From an uncultured Planctomycetaceae bacterium (GTDB lineage Bacteria; Planctomycetota; Planctomycetia; Planctomycetales; Planctomycetaceae): a stretch of DNA of 64,000 nt. The notes beneath the pieces are model-generated. The model was given only the letters and a program-made list of their open reading frames with translations, was not told where the DNA came from and did not search any database. Positions within the stretch are counted from its first letter, which is position 1. The number at the start of each line of letters is the position of its first letter. Shown here in pieces: positions 36,001 through 47,481 of this stretch. The stretch is taken from assembly GCA_963815195.1 (NCBI GenBank), contig CAWFGE010000014.1, positions 32,001 through 96,000 on the forward strand, given 5' to 3'. Position numbers and translations under genes: made by a program.

Positions 36001-39000
36001 GCCACACGATATGGATTACGCTAGAAGATGAAGACGGCATCTTCCAAAACGTCGCGCAGAACACGGTGAGCGTGCACGATCAAACTCGCTTGTTGGTAGC
36101 ACCCGTGTTCGGTTCCTCGACGTATAGTTGGACTCCCTATGAAAACGTCGCCGTGAACACGGTTGTCGGACAGGTTCACGCCACGGACGACTTTTGGCAG
36201 ACCGTGAGCTATTCCCTGGGCGAGGACTCGTTCGGCACGCCGTTTGATGTGAACGAGACGACCGGAGAGATTACCGTGAGCTATGAATTGGACTACGAAT
36301 GGGAAAGCTCTTACACGCTGAGCATCATAGCGACCGACTCGGATTGGAACGAGAGCACCGCCGAGGTGTACGTTAACGTGCAGGACATCGCCGAGGCACC
36401 CGCATTCAACCAGTCCTCCTTCGCCTTCTCGGTGCCGGAAGACGCCCAGTCGGGCGCGCTGCTCACCACGGTCAGCGCGGCTGACCCCCAACCCGGCGAC
36501 ACCGTCACCTATTCTCTCAGCCCCGATGAAGGTTACGAGCAGTTCGGCAATTCCTTCGCAATCAATTCCGCCACCGGTCAAATCACCGTCCAAGGCCCGC
36601 TGGATTATGAGATGGCGGGAGGCTATGTCAGCCTCACGGTCTATGCCTTCGATAATGAGGCGAACATCGGGGAGACCCAGGTTCAAGTCAATATCGACGA
36701 TGTCGACAACGATCCGGAGTTCATCGACGACGGTTATGGCCACTATGACGGGTTTGGTTCTTATACGTTCGACCCCCTCCCCGAAAACGCCCTGGCCGGC
36801 ACCTCCGTCGGACAGGTTCAAGCCTGGGATCCCCTCGACGAGACCCTGACCTATTCCCTCGACGACGGCTACGGCGGCGCAGGCGTTTTCCATTAACTCC
36901 ACCACCGGGGAAATGACCGCTAACGTCTCGTTCGATTATGAATCGACCACAGATTTCACCCTGACCGCCTATGCCACCAACACCAGCGGCGTCGTATCCG
37001 CCGTGCTGGTTTACGTCGCGATCGGCAACATCGATGAAACTCCCGATCCAAACAACCCGCCTACAGTTTCCAGCCTGGCATTCAACGTGACCGAGCGACA
37101 CGACGGCTACGCCATCGGCGAACTGACGGGCACGCTCACGGACGACTATGTTGCCGAGGGCTACTACGACGTTCAAATTGATGTGGACAGCGATGGGACG
37201 ATCGACTTCGAATACCAAAGTCCGGAAGATGTGACTGCCCTCTCCGCTTATCTCTCGCTCAGTTATGGAATGCACGAGATTCTGGTGTCAGTTGATGAAT
37301 ACGAACTTGAAACCGCGAGTACGTTATACGGGACGTTGCATCTTCTAAACGTCGACGTCGTCGCGCCGGACAATTTCGCTCCCCAAATCAAAAACCTCGC
37401 ATATACTCCGTATGTTGATGAACGCGGCGTCGACCCCCATCACTTTCTCACCGGAGACATCGTTGATGATACGCGAGGGAATAGTTCCTATACGATCGAA
37501 TTCGATTTGGACAACGACGAGGTCGTCGATGATTCCATATCAGCTGAAAACGACTCGACAGGTTTCACTTATGATTACAGCCCAAGTGAAGGACTTCAGA
37601 CCGCGTCCGTGAGGGTTGTTGAGTATGACAATAACACCGACCAGGAGCTCGTGGGAGCGTGGGCCACGCCCATAACTTTTACAGTCGCGCCCCCTGTGAA
37701 CAACCCGCCAGGTATTCATTCAGCGTACTTCTACCCCAACACGGAACCGGAGTCGGGTTACACGGACGTAACAATCGCGGGCCAATTCAACGATGATTTC
37801 TCCGACGGCGCTTATGTGCTGGAAGTGGACACGAACGGCGACGGCTACGCGGACGACGTGGACATCGATGGCGACGGGTCCCCGGACAATGAGCCGATCT
37901 ACCTATACGTAAATCCTTTTTCCGTGACGATCCGGCTCCAACCGGGGGAAACAGTCTGGAGCGTTCGCGTTGTCGAAAGCGGGTCCGGCAAATTCAGCCC
38001 TTGGATTGGCGATAAATTTGAAAACCATGCCCCGGTCTTTGAGCAGCCCACAAAAGAGATCAAAATCTCAGAGCATTCGTTATTCGTGATTGGTTCGGAT
38101 CCAAACGCGACGAATAATGGTTACGAGGTAATCAAAGTAAAAGCCAACGATCAAGATGACCGAGATCGCGTCGCCTACTTCCTGAGCCAGCCAGAATTGA
38201 AGATTGGTAAAGTAACAATCCCCTTGCCAGCGTTAGAAATTGATCCGAACGGATCAATCACAATTAAGAATAGGTTTACCCTACAACGCTTCTTGAAAAG
38301 AGATGCTAAATTCGAATTCACCGTCGTGGCAATCGACCGTGAAGGGGAGGCCGCCTATTTGCAGTTGACGATCTATGATGATCCAGAGTACTACAAAACT
38401 AATGCGATCCTCTTACTTACTGGATGGGAAGGAGCGGCGACAAACTACGTCAATGCAGTTTACAAGAACAGCTTGGCCGCGGCTGAAAAGCTAAAAGACT
38501 TCATTGATAGTGAATATAATGATATGGGACTCAAAGTTACGGAACTCACGAACATAAGCTGGGCTGCGGCAGCTTTTGCGTCCACACCAATTTCGGGAAT
38601 CGCCTCCTTGGCTGCCGTTACAATAGGACAGATCATTTCTAAGGTGATTGCTATCAATCATGCAGGTGATGTTGCGATTTGGAAACAGATCAAGCAGGAA
38701 TTGCTTGCTGTTAATCTAGATGATATTGAGAAGATTGAGCAGACAGCGGGAAAAAATGAAAAACAGGGAGAACGAAAGAAGATCAGTGAATTGGTGGCCG
38801 GGATGGCGAAAGATCCCCTTGACCAACAAGTCATTAAATGGAGAGATTATATTAACGATTTGACAAGTCGATTGCCCAGCACATTTTCCGGAGGTGAAAA
38901 ACTGGAGGCTCCGTCGGTGAATGACATCTATGGAGAATTGCTGATGCGATTCGTGCACGGGCAGGGTTGGCGTGTTGCTGGAGCGCTTGGAAATCTACAG

Positions 39001-39159
39001 CACAATCGGCCATTTTGGGTGAGTTGGGGGCCGAATTATTTGTTCGCGCTTGATGCAAAAGATGTTGCAGGTGAACTTAACAGTATTGGCTACGTGCCGG
39101 CAGGCGCTTACGGCGTCATAGTTGGTCCAACCGGTATATATGTGACTCCTAGAAACTAA
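33024..39159 (+). CDS. Giant exported adhesin-like protein (~2040 aa): LEPR-XLL leader, FG-GAP repeats, PKD repeats, cadherin domains, unique C-terminal domain; frameshift near 36893
   Basis: ERLEDRTLLS; repeated GGVRVAxGDVxxDxxxD; repeated WTIDWGD; cadherin LDYE motifs. FSINSTTGEM is restored by one base at the 36896/36913 ORF junction. Confidence 0.85.
34453..34946 (+). repeat. Near-identical tandem duplication of one PKD unit (276-bp period)
   Basis: 34453-34670 recurs at 34729-34946 with few mismatches. Confidence 0.9.
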
Positions 39160-39169
39160 TATCTATTCT

Positions 39170-41248
39170 TTGAGAGGCATTCTCGTGAGAATCTCTAACA
39201 CAATCGCGATCGTGCTCTATTTGGTTTCATCGTCCGGGTGTGCGCGTGCTGATGAAAAGCAGCCCAAGGAAATCGATCCATTCACGCCATTTGCGGCAGC
39301 CAATTTTGGGCGCTTTGAGACTCTGAAATCATTAATAAAAGACAAGCCAGAGCTCTTGAGAGCGACCGAGCGCCGCTCAGGAGGAACTTTGCTGCACTAC
39401 GCGGCTCGAGGAAATCAACCCGAGATCATCCGTTATCTGGTCAAGCGGGGCGCCGACGTGAATGCGCGCGACGACATAAATGAGACGCCGCTGCATTCTG
39501 CCGCAAAATTTGGCGGCACGTTTGAGGCGGCCGAGGTTCTGATCGAACTGGGCGCGGACTTGAATTCTCGACCCGAGTTTCCGTCAATTCCGAGGACACG
39601 CCTAGACGGCACGAAAGTGTCCAAAGAGTATCGTAATTCCGTGTTGGAATACGCGGCCCGGTCAGGGGATTATCGCCTGGTGGAGTTGCTTCTCAAAAAG
39701 GGTGCCAAAGTGCAAGCGGAACCGCTGAACATCCTCGGCAATGCGTTGCACTTTGCCTGTATGGGGTATTTCGACTCCAAGTACAACGAAGATCCCAAAA
39801 CGGCCGGGAACCGCAAAGTGATCGCGATTCTATCCAAATACATAGACATCAACTGCGAAAATGAGGTAAAAATGAGGCCCCTGCATTATGCCGCAGCAAA
39901 CGGGGCCGTCGAGACGGTAAAGTATTTAGTTTCTAACTATGACAAAATCGATCTAAATGCCGTGGAGTTTAGTGGAGGCAACACCCCTCTCCATCTCGCG
40001 GTTGATCCTGAGCCCGATTTTTTGGGAGGCCCCGCGAAAAATCGGGCGATGGTCATCAAGATCCTGATCGAGGCGGGGGCCGATGTCGATCGCGTCAACT
40101 CCAAACGCCTCACCCCGCGGCAGTTGGCGGAGAAACTGGGCAACAAAACCATCCTCAAAGCCTTTGAAACGGCTTCGCCCCGTCGGGCGGACAACAAACC
40201 GCCGTCAGATTCGCCGAATTGGTCCGCGGAGCACCAGTGGACGCTGCGGCACGATGAGGGCGTGTATGCCCTCGCCTTTTCCCCAGACGGCAAGCAACTC
40301 TTAACGGCCGATGGCGGCGGTACGGTTCGGCTTTGGGATCCCTCGACAGGCCGTGAGCTTGAGAGATTCAAGGACGAGAAGGCCTGGCCTCTCGTCCGGG
40401 ACATCGCATGGTCGCCCGATGGCCGGTACGCTTTGCTCGCCGCGGGACAGTACAAGGGAAATGAGTCGCTGACGTTCTGGGATGTCAAGAAGTGGAAGGC
40501 AGTCCGACGGTTTGAAGGCCATTGGTACGCGGTGACTGGCGCTGCGTTCTCTCCAGACGGCCGCCGCGCCGTTTCTGGAACGATCGAGGGCGATATTTTT
40601 GCGTGGGACGTTCAAACGGGGAAGCAAATCAGCCATTACAAGCCGGAGCTTGGCCTGTGGAACGGCAAACCCGATGGTGACACACACAGCCTCAACGTCT
40701 CTCCCAATGGCAACATTTGTTTTTGGGCGGGCGGGAACGACAACTACCAACTGAGACTGTTCGACATCAGCACGGGACGCGAACTCAAGAGATTGGAGAC
40801 GAAGGAGCGGTATGGCAGCCCGGGCGTGGTCGATGCGGTTTTTACGCGAGACGGTTCCCGAGTCCTCGCCGCGAACTCGCAAGGTTTTCTGCGAATTTGG
40901 GACATTGAGCAGGGAACGTCATCGCCTGATCTGAATATCTCCCCCGAAGCTCCCGAAGTAATCGAAAGCGTGGCCTTCTCGCGGAACGACCGGCTTGCGC
41001 TGGTCGGCAGTGGGAGTGAACTGGCTCTCTGGCAAATCGAAGACGCAGGGAAGGGCACGCCAAGCGTCCGGCGGCTCCTGCGAATTCAACATCTTCATGC
41101 CGGGATCGAGATTAGCAGCGCCTTCGGGCGGGCGACGGCAGGAATCCAGCGAGTCGCTCTGTCGCCGGATAACCACTACGCTGCGGCAGCGGACCGTGGC
41201 ATGGTGCGCATTTGGAAGATTCGCAAGAAAGAATCCACGGGTGAGTAG
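39170..41248 (+). CDS. Exported ankyrin-repeat + WD40-repeat protein
   Basis: N-terminal hydrophobic signal (possible lipobox SSGC); TLLHYAA/TPLHSAA/TPLHLAV ankyrin repeats; LAFSPDG...VRLWD WD40 repeats. Confidence 0.85.
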   Translation: MRGILVRISNTIAIVLYLVSSSGCARADEKQPKEIDPFTPFAAANFGRFETLKSLIKDKPELLRATERRSGGTLLHYAARGNQPEIIRYLVKRGADVNARDDINETPLHSAAKFGGTFEAAEVLIELGADLNSRPEFPSIPRTRLDGTKVSKEYRNSVLEYAARSGDYRLVELLLKKGAKVQAEPLNILGNALHFACMGYFDSKYNEDPKTAGNRKVIAILSKYIDINCENEVKMRPLHYAAANGAVETVKYLVSNYDKIDLNAVEFSGGNTPLHLAVDPEPDFLGGPAKNRAMVIKILIEAGADVDRVNSKRLTPRQLAEKLGNKTILKAFETASPRRADNKPPSDSPNWSAEHQWTLRHDEGVYALAFSPDGKQLLTADGGGTVRLWDPSTGRELERFKDEKAWPLVRDIAWSPDGRYALLAAGQYKGNESLTFWDVKKWKAVRRFEGHWYAVTGAAFSPDGRRAVSGTIEGDIFAWDVQTGKQISHYKPELGLWNGKPDGDTHSLNVSPNGNICFWAGGNDNYQLRLFDISTGRELKRLETKERYGSPGVVDAVFTRDGSRVLAANSQGFLRIWDIEQGTSSPDLNISPEAPEVIESVAFSRNDRLALVGSGSELALWQIEDAGKGTPSVRRLLRIQHLHAGIEISSAFGRATAGIQRVALSPDNHYAAAADRGMVRIWKIRKKESTGE

Positions 41249-41599
41249 AAAAGTCGCCTTTTGTTGGGAACTGGGCGGCGGGTTCGGGCACTTTTCGCCT
41301 TTGGAACCCTTGGTGGATTTCTTCCAGCGGGAAGGCTTTGAAATCTCCTTTATCGCGCGGGATGTCTGGTCCGCAGGGCGCTGGTTTGACCAAGACCGCT
41401 TCATGCTGTTTCAAGCTCCGTTGCGCCACGGGGCCGGGCTTCAATTCACCTCCACGCCGACCTTTGCGCATATCCTCCATAACGTCGGCTACGGCGATCC
41501 CGCCGGGCTGTCCGCCCTGGCTGGCAGTTGGAAGTCACTCTTCGAATTGATCCGCCCGGATTTAATTTTGGCCGATCACAGCCCCACGGCCGTTCTCGC
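41241..41599 (+). pseudogene. GT-B glycosyltransferase N-terminal fragment interrupted by an IS
   Basis: VAFCWELGGGFGH and RPDLILADHSPTAVLA; homology ends at the TGT end of the IS. Confidence 0.7.
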
Positions 41600-43830
41600 T
41601 GTCCTTTCCCTGACTCTGGTCGCAGTTTTGGCCGGGAATTGCCGAATTGTCGCCGCATTCCTTGATGTTTGTTCCCGGGAGAATTTGGCAAAACCGTTGC
41701 TTCCGGTACGGACCGTGCCGGGATCTTTGTACCCCGCTCAAATGCATTTTTGTCATACCCCGCCCCGAACCGGCGGCCGCTAGAATCGTCGGCTTTCGGG
41801 GAGTGTGCTCACGTGAGCGAGGGGCGATGGTTCTATCGGGACGAAGAGGGCTTTCTCGCGATTTACGAGAAGCTCAAGGCGACGGCGTGCCCACACTGCA
41901 AGGCGACCGGGCGGCTGGTTCTGCATGGCTTCCTGCGTGGTTATGACGAGACCAGCCCGCGGGAAAAGACGCTCCGCGCCCGGCGGATTTTCTGCAGCAA
42001 CCGCAATAATCGCCAAGGGTGCGGGCGGACGTTCAGCATCTGGCTCGCGGACAAAATCCGCCGACTGAGCCTCTCGGCCGGCGGTCTGTGGACGTTTCTT
42101 CAATCCGTTGTCGCCGACGGTATCAGCGCCGCCATCCGCCGCGTCGACTGCCACCTGAGCGACAGGCAGATGCAACGCATCTGGAAGCGATTCGACCTCG
42201 GCCAAAGCGAGATCCGCACGGCCCTGTGGCAACGGTGCGAGCCACCGGAACTGCCGGCCAATTCTGCTCAATCTCCGGCGGCGGAGGTCCTGGTTCATCT
42301 TCAAGCCGCCTTTCCCCATTCGGACTGTCCCGTCGCCGCCTTTCAGCACGCCCTGCGGACGTTCTTTATGTAAGGCGGCCCGCTCTTCCCGCCTGACCTC
42401 CGGGTGTCATTGTAGGTCGCTGCCAAGATTCTGCCGGAATGAGCGAATTGTGACACTTGTGATGCCGCCCGCCGCGCCAATCGGCGCGTGTCATGGTTTC
42501 CCAACGGCTGCCACACCGCGCCGATCGTGACCGAATTGTCATCGCGCGACCCTGATACCATCTGGCCAAAAATGGGCGACAACACAAGCTGTCGTTTCTC
42601 GACGCGGCCGCTTTTGGGACAACGTCTCTTTTGGTTTTGGTCAACCATTCCCAAAGCAAGGAGAACCCCATGAAGCAGCCTTCGGTTTATTTGAAGATGC
42701 GCGTTCTGGGAGCCGTCGACACGGTCGAGGGCCGGACCCGGCACGAGCGGATCCACCAGGTCGCCGCCATGACCTTTCTCGATGAGGAAGGCAATCCCCG
42801 GCAGTTCACTTGGCGAACCATCCAGACCTGGCACTACCGCTACAAAAACCACGGCATCACCGGCATGACCCACAGATCGCGGAATGACAAGGGAAAGACC
42901 CGCAAGATCACTCCCGAGGAACTGCTCGAAGCCCTCAACGCCGCCAAGCCGCACTTCCACAATAAACGTTATAACAAGTCGGCGTTGTACCGCTTTTGCA
43001 TCGAAAAGGGACTGCTTCGCCGCGACCAGATCGCCCAGACCACTTTCTATCGATTCATTCGCGAGTACGACCTGCTCGCCCCCGAAGACAAGGACAACAA
43101 CAAAAAACGGCTCGCCTTCAGCATGAAATACGCCAACCAACTCTGGCAAGCCGACACGATGTTCGGCCCCTATCTGGACACCGGTGTATCCGGAGCGGCC
43201 CGCAAGCAAGCCAAGCTGATCGCCTTCATCGATGATGCGAGTCGAGTGATATGTCACGGTGAATTCTTCTTCGAGGAGAACGTCGATTCGTTGGTGCAAA
43301 CCCTTCGCGCCGCCTTCTATAAACGCGGCATTCCCGAGCAACTCTTAGTCGACAACGGCTCGATCTACAGCGGCCAGGAGATCACGCTGATCTGCGCCCG
43401 ATTGGGTTGTCTCCTGCGGCATACGGCGGTCCGAGACGCCGCCGCGAAGGGGAAGATCGAACGCTTCTTCCGCCGCGTCCGCGATCAGTTCCTCATCCGC
43501 CAACTCGACCTCTCCTCGCTGGCCGCCCTCAATCGGCAGTTCACCGCTTGGGTCGAAAGCGACTACAACGCGGTGGAACATGACGCGATCGGCATGAAGC
43601 CGATCGACCGCTTCGGCATGGATTCTAGTCACGTTCGCTTCCTGTCACCGTCCGAACACAACGACGAACTCTTCTATGCCGAGGCGACCCGCAAGGTCAA
43701 AAAGGACAACACGTTCAGCTTCCGCAACCGCCGCTACGAAACGCCCGTCGATCTGCGCGACAAGCCAATTGAGATCCGCTACGACCGGCACCATCATGAC
43801 ACCGCGGCCATTGTCATCTACCCTCCCCGG
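41600..43830 (+). mobile_element. Two-ORF IS/transposon remnant (Zn-ribbon protein + DDE transposase); right end missing
   Basis: Begins TGTCCTTTCCC exactly where the GT breaks. No matching inverted end and no partner ATPase seen. Confidence 0.65.
41813..42373 (+). CDS. Zn-ribbon transposon accessory protein (DUF6431-like)
   Basis: CPHC...HG...R...FCSNRNNRQGCGRTFS. Confidence 0.6.
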   Translation: MSEGRWFYRDEEGFLAIYEKLKATACPHCKATGRLVLHGFLRGYDETSPREKTLRARRIFCSNRNNRQGCGRTFSIWLADKIRRLSLSAGGLWTFLQSVVADGISAAIRRVDCHLSDRQMQRIWKRFDLGQSEIRTALWQRCEPPELPANSAQSPAAEVLVHLQAAFPHSDCPVAAFQHALRTFFM

Positions 43831-43848
43831 AAGGAACCCTCTTCATAA
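42670..43848 (+). CDS. DDE (rve, Mu-C-terminal type) transposase, C-terminally truncated
   Basis: LWQADT, IDDASR, LVDNGS, KGKIERFFR; RKVKKDNTFSF...IRYD, then abrupt divergence. Confidence 0.88.
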   Translation: MKQPSVYLKMRVLGAVDTVEGRTRHERIHQVAAMTFLDEEGNPRQFTWRTIQTWHYRYKNHGITGMTHRSRNDKGKTRKITPEELLEALNAAKPHFHNKRYNKSALYRFCIEKGLLRRDQIAQTTFYRFIREYDLLAPEDKDNNKKRLAFSMKYANQLWQADTMFGPYLDTGVSGAARKQAKLIAFIDDASRVICHGEFFFEENVDSLVQTLRAAFYKRGIPEQLLVDNGSIYSGQEITLICARLGCLLRHTAVRDAAAKGKIERFFRRVRDQFLIRQLDLSSLAALNRQFTAWVESDYNAVEHDAIGMKPIDRFGMDSSHVRFLSPSEHNDELFYAEATRKVKKDNTFSFRNRRYETPVDLRDKPIEIRYDRHHHDTAAIVIYPPRKEPSS

Positions 43849-44102
43849 CCATTCTCACTTTATCAATCCACGCAACCTCTTGCAAGAGCCTGCTTTAACG
43901 ATTTGAAGTAGCTTTCGGTCCCCCCCCCCTCAGCGGAAGCAACTTTTTACGGAATCTTCTCCTTCGGGTTTACAGGGATTGGGAATTGCGTGCAATTTAA
44001 ATTGGAGTCAAAGCTGTCGCCATTCGGGACGGCTAACGGGTAAGAGGCAAATCCGAACGAACCAACTCAACTGCCGGCGGGGTGCGCCTGGTTCAGCGCG
44101 GT

Positions 44103-45050
44103 CTACTGCCAGAGCAATTGCAGACCCTTGAGAATGACGTAATCCAGCACGAGCCACTTATTGGGTCCCGGAGCAGTATCAGGCGTAAACTCCCCACTCA
44201 TGTACTTGGCAGGCCGCTGGGCCATGATGATGTCGTTATCCCGCTCCCTTATGATGTACGCTGAAGCATAAACATCTATGTCACTCACGCTGAATGACCG
44301 GCCGGCCGTGATGCGAAATGCCGGCCCCCATCCTTTGTCCGCATGAAGCCGATAATTCTTCCGCCACGCATCAACATCTTCGTCGTCCTTCCCCCACTTG
44401 ACGCACGCCTCGCTCACAACCCCCAATGCATTGAAAACCGAATAGGCGTCCCGTGTGGCGAGATCCTGCCACGGAAGTTGAGCCAGCAAGTTGTTCGCAG
44501 CCAGAGCGGTCGAGAACTCAAATCTGCAGCGGTCCCGGCGGAATCCCCGTAGGTAATCAATGCCATACATCCTGCATGCGATATCAATAGCGTACCTCTG
44601 GTTGTCTCGGAGCTGTCCTTGCTGCGTGTCCGAGAGTGCGCCGTGGCGACGGTCGAGTTCGATCAGTTTCTGCAGAATGGCTTGCGCAACGTTCTTCGCG
44701 TCACCGCTCCCAAAGGCGCTGACGCTGGCCGAGAAGTATAGGAGCGGCGCAAGCTGATCTCCGGAAAACTTTTGACTGGGGTTCTTCGGCAAAGTCCACT
44801 CGTCAACTCCAGCACAGTTGTCCCGAAAGTAAACCAGAAACCGCTGAATTTGGCTTTCCGCGAGTCCGTGTTGCTCGCAGATGTGCTGAAATGTGGCCGG
44901 GTCCTTCGCCTTGATTATCAGCAGCGATGAGAAAAACCACGACGACCGCCAGACACCGTCGCCAAACGGGTCGGTCCAGCCGGGTCCCTCAGGCCGCTTG
45001 ACAACTCCTGATTCCTGATCGATGTACTGACCATACTGCTGTTTGGACAT
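44103..45050 (-). CDS. Hypothetical protein (possible gene cassette)
   Basis: 315-aa ORF flanked by attC-like remnants. Confidence 0.75.
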   Translation of the reverse strand: MSKQQYGQYIDQESGVVKRPEGPGWTDPFGDGVWRSSWFFSSLLIIKAKDPATFQHICEQHGLAESQIQRFLVYFRDNCAGVDEWTLPKNPSQKFSGDQLAPLLYFSASVSAFGSGDAKNVAQAILQKLIELDRRHGALSDTQQGQLRDNQRYAIDIACRMYGIDYLRGFRRDRCRFEFSTALAANNLLAQLPWQDLATRDAYSVFNALGVVSEACVKWGKDDEDVDAWRKNYRLHADKGWGPAFRITAGRSFSVSDIDVYASAYIIRERDNDIIMAQRPAKYMSGEFTPDTAPGPNKWLVLDYVILKGLQLLWQ

Positions 45051-45383
45051 ATCGCTTTTCCTACGCGAGATTAACGAACCAAAGCGTCAGCTTGGCGTGC
45101 GACGCCCCCAAACCGATATTGTAGCCACAAGCAAACCTACAGCGCCGCGAGGATGGAGGAGATCATTCCGTCTTTGCCTTCCGTGACGAGATCGCATCCG
45201 ATTCTCTATCGCTGTAAACCCAAAGGACAAAACTCCGTAAAGGGTTGGTCCCGCTCAGAGGGGACGGACTGATTGGCAGGTCGGTTGCGTAACAACCCAG
45301 ATCCAGCTCGCCGCTCGGATGGCATCCTCGTCGGCAGATGGGCTTGCGCTACCGGCCGTTGCCCCTCAACCGCCCCCTCCCTC

Positions 45384-45474
45384 GCCGAATGTCCAGCGTA
45401 GCCGGGCGGGCGGAAGCGACGTTGATCTCACAAACGCGCGTTGTCGCCCGCTCCGGGTCAGGCAATTGTTCGCC
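45384..45474 (-). other. attC-like integron recombination site
   Basis: Minus strand just after a stop codon: GGCGAAC (R'') ... CCGGAGCGGGCG pairs with CGCCCGCCCGG with one extrahelical base ... ATTCGGC (R' with GTT changed to ATT). Confidence 0.6.
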
Positions 45475-45481
45475 AGCTTTG

Positions 45482-46069
45482 CTATTGGGTTGGCGGAAGC
45501 TTCTTGAACGGAGCGTCGAGCCGCACCTTTGAACGGCCAGTGCCAGAGTTTGGGCCGCTCGGGCCGCGAGCGTGAACCCAGAATTTGACAGTTGTCGGAA
45601 CATAGACACGTGTTCCTGGGTAAATCTCGACACGATTGTGCCATTCGACGTAGTAGCGGTTGTCCGTTCCCCTATCGATCAACCAATGTGCCGATGCATC
45701 GGCTTCGACAAAGTAGTAGCCTGTGGGCACGTTGACGACTTGTGGATCAGAATCGCAGTCGCGTCGGATTCCACTTGATGGTGTTGGATCGGTTTCACAA
45801 TCAGCGGTAAGATGGACCGCTTCATCAGTATTGAACGATGCGAGAAAGTCGTCCGACAGCCGCATGTAAGACATGTCCGTTTCAATCGGGACAAGCTTCG
45901 GTTCAGCGCCACGCTGGAATTCCACCTTAAAGTGGTGTTCTTTGCCGGTGTGGTGCGCCGGCGCATCTTCCTTTTTGTCAGTGTCTTGAGTCATTGCATC
46001 GTGGGCAATAAAAAAAAACAACGCAGCAGTCACGAGGACCGTGCAGGAAACGAGGTGTTTCTGAGACAT
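45482..46069 (-). CDS. Secreted hypothetical protein (possible gene cassette)
   Basis: Hydrophobic signal-like N-terminus; followed by the attC-like site. Confidence 0.7.
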   Translation of the reverse strand: MSQKHLVSCTVLVTAALFFFIAHDAMTQDTDKKEDAPAHHTGKEHHFKVEFQRGAEPKLVPIETDMSYMRLSDDFLASFNTDEAVHLTADCETDPTPSSGIRRDCDSDPQVVNVPTGYYFVEADASAHWLIDRGTDNRYYVEWHNRVEIYPGTRVYVPTTVKFWVHARGPSGPNSGTGRSKVRLDAPFKKLPPTQ

Positions 46070-46275
46070 TGTAGGCTCCTTTGGCAAAAGTACGAACGGT
46101 CAAACGGTCAAACTCACGATCACTCAACTCAAAGATCCGGCGTGTATCACCGCAGAGATCGCCTACAACGGGAGTTTACATCGATTCTTAATATAACAGA
46201 AACCCATAGCCGACGGGCAGTCCAGCCCCTACCGAACGGCCGGCATCGCCGGGTTGGCTACCGGACGATGCGAAT

Positions 46276-47010
46276 CTAGAAAGAATCCAGAATTTTCCCC
46301 GCTGTGGCGGCATCAATAAGCAGTGGGAACATCTCGCGACCAGCCCGAATTTGGACATAGTCGATCTTTAAATCTATGCTGCCATCTGAATTCTTCAGTG
46401 CATCATATCCGATACGAACCAATTCGCCCGCGACGGTGACCCAGACGCCGGCGACGCCACAACCACATGCCGACAGCGCTCCTCCAATTGCTCTTGTCGC
46501 CTCCGAGACACCTTGTGTAATTCGCTCCGCGACGCTTCGTCCCAAGTGAACTTCGGCGTCTTTCCGGTAGCATTCACCAGTAATATCATTTCTCGCTCTA
46601 TCAAGATGGACTTTTGTTGAAGTCGAGGCGTCTTCCCAATATTTGTCATTACATGAAGCTTTGACGCCACCTATGCAGCTACAATCACTCTTAAGAGGTT
46701 CGGCAAGGGTCTCGATTAGTAACCGCTGGAGCCATTGGCCTTCGGTCGTTTCAGCCGGTTTGAGAACAAGCGTCGCATACCACATAAATAACACTCGACC
46801 ACCGCCACTGCATCGGTGAATCTGTCCTTGCCGAATGTCTAGTATCTCATCTCTGGGGATCGCGAGGTGCGGGCATTTGTACGAATTAGGACCAAACAAA
46901 ATCACTGATCCGTCACCCGGGTCGCGCGCGATATATCCCGTAATGGTAGTCTCCGCTAGCCTGGCTGCCGCGAGAAACGCGTCTACGGAGTTTGGACTAG
47001 AATCACTCAT
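46276..47010 (-). CDS. Cys-rich hypothetical protein (possible gene cassette)
   Basis: 244-aa ORF with an RBS (AAAGG). Confidence 0.65.
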   Translation of the reverse strand: MSDSSPNSVDAFLAAARLAETTITGYIARDPGDGSVILFGPNSYKCPHLAIPRDEILDIRQGQIHRCSGGGRVLFMWYATLVLKPAETTEGQWLQRLLIETLAEPLKSDCSCIGGVKASCNDKYWEDASTSTKVHLDRARNDITGECYRKDAEVHLGRSVAERITQGVSEATRAIGGALSACGCGVAGVWVTVAGELVRIGYDALKNSDGSIDLKIDYVQIRAGREMFPLLIDAATAGKILDSF

Positions 47011-47481
47011 ACATCATCTACCTTTGTGAGAAAAGACGGAGCCGATAGTGCGAAATTGCCGAACAAAAAAAGCATTACAGGACCAAGGTTCTCTCCGGAA
47101 AGGATTTCCGTCGATCCCCCGTGGTGCGTTAGTGGCTGGATTTGATGCATGGAAAGTTGACGTCAATCCAGATCATACCTCGCCACCCGCACCCGTTTCA
47201 CCACGTACGCCGTCACACGCTATCCCTGGCTGCAATCCCGAAGCCACCATTCAAAGCTCACCGACCGTCACCATTATGGTTACCTTTAAGTGTGGTACAG
47301 AAGGTGTTACAACATTGGGTGCGTGCAGTCGCATGTCGGTAGGGTTTGGGTGCCGGCAAACTTGGACCGCCATCCTCAGTTGACGATTATCATGTCGCCA
47401 AATCGAAAACGTCAAATAAATTCTTCCGGATTCTCAAAAAAACTTGAAAAATAAACACTTACCCTCGTGGCCTAGGTGGAT

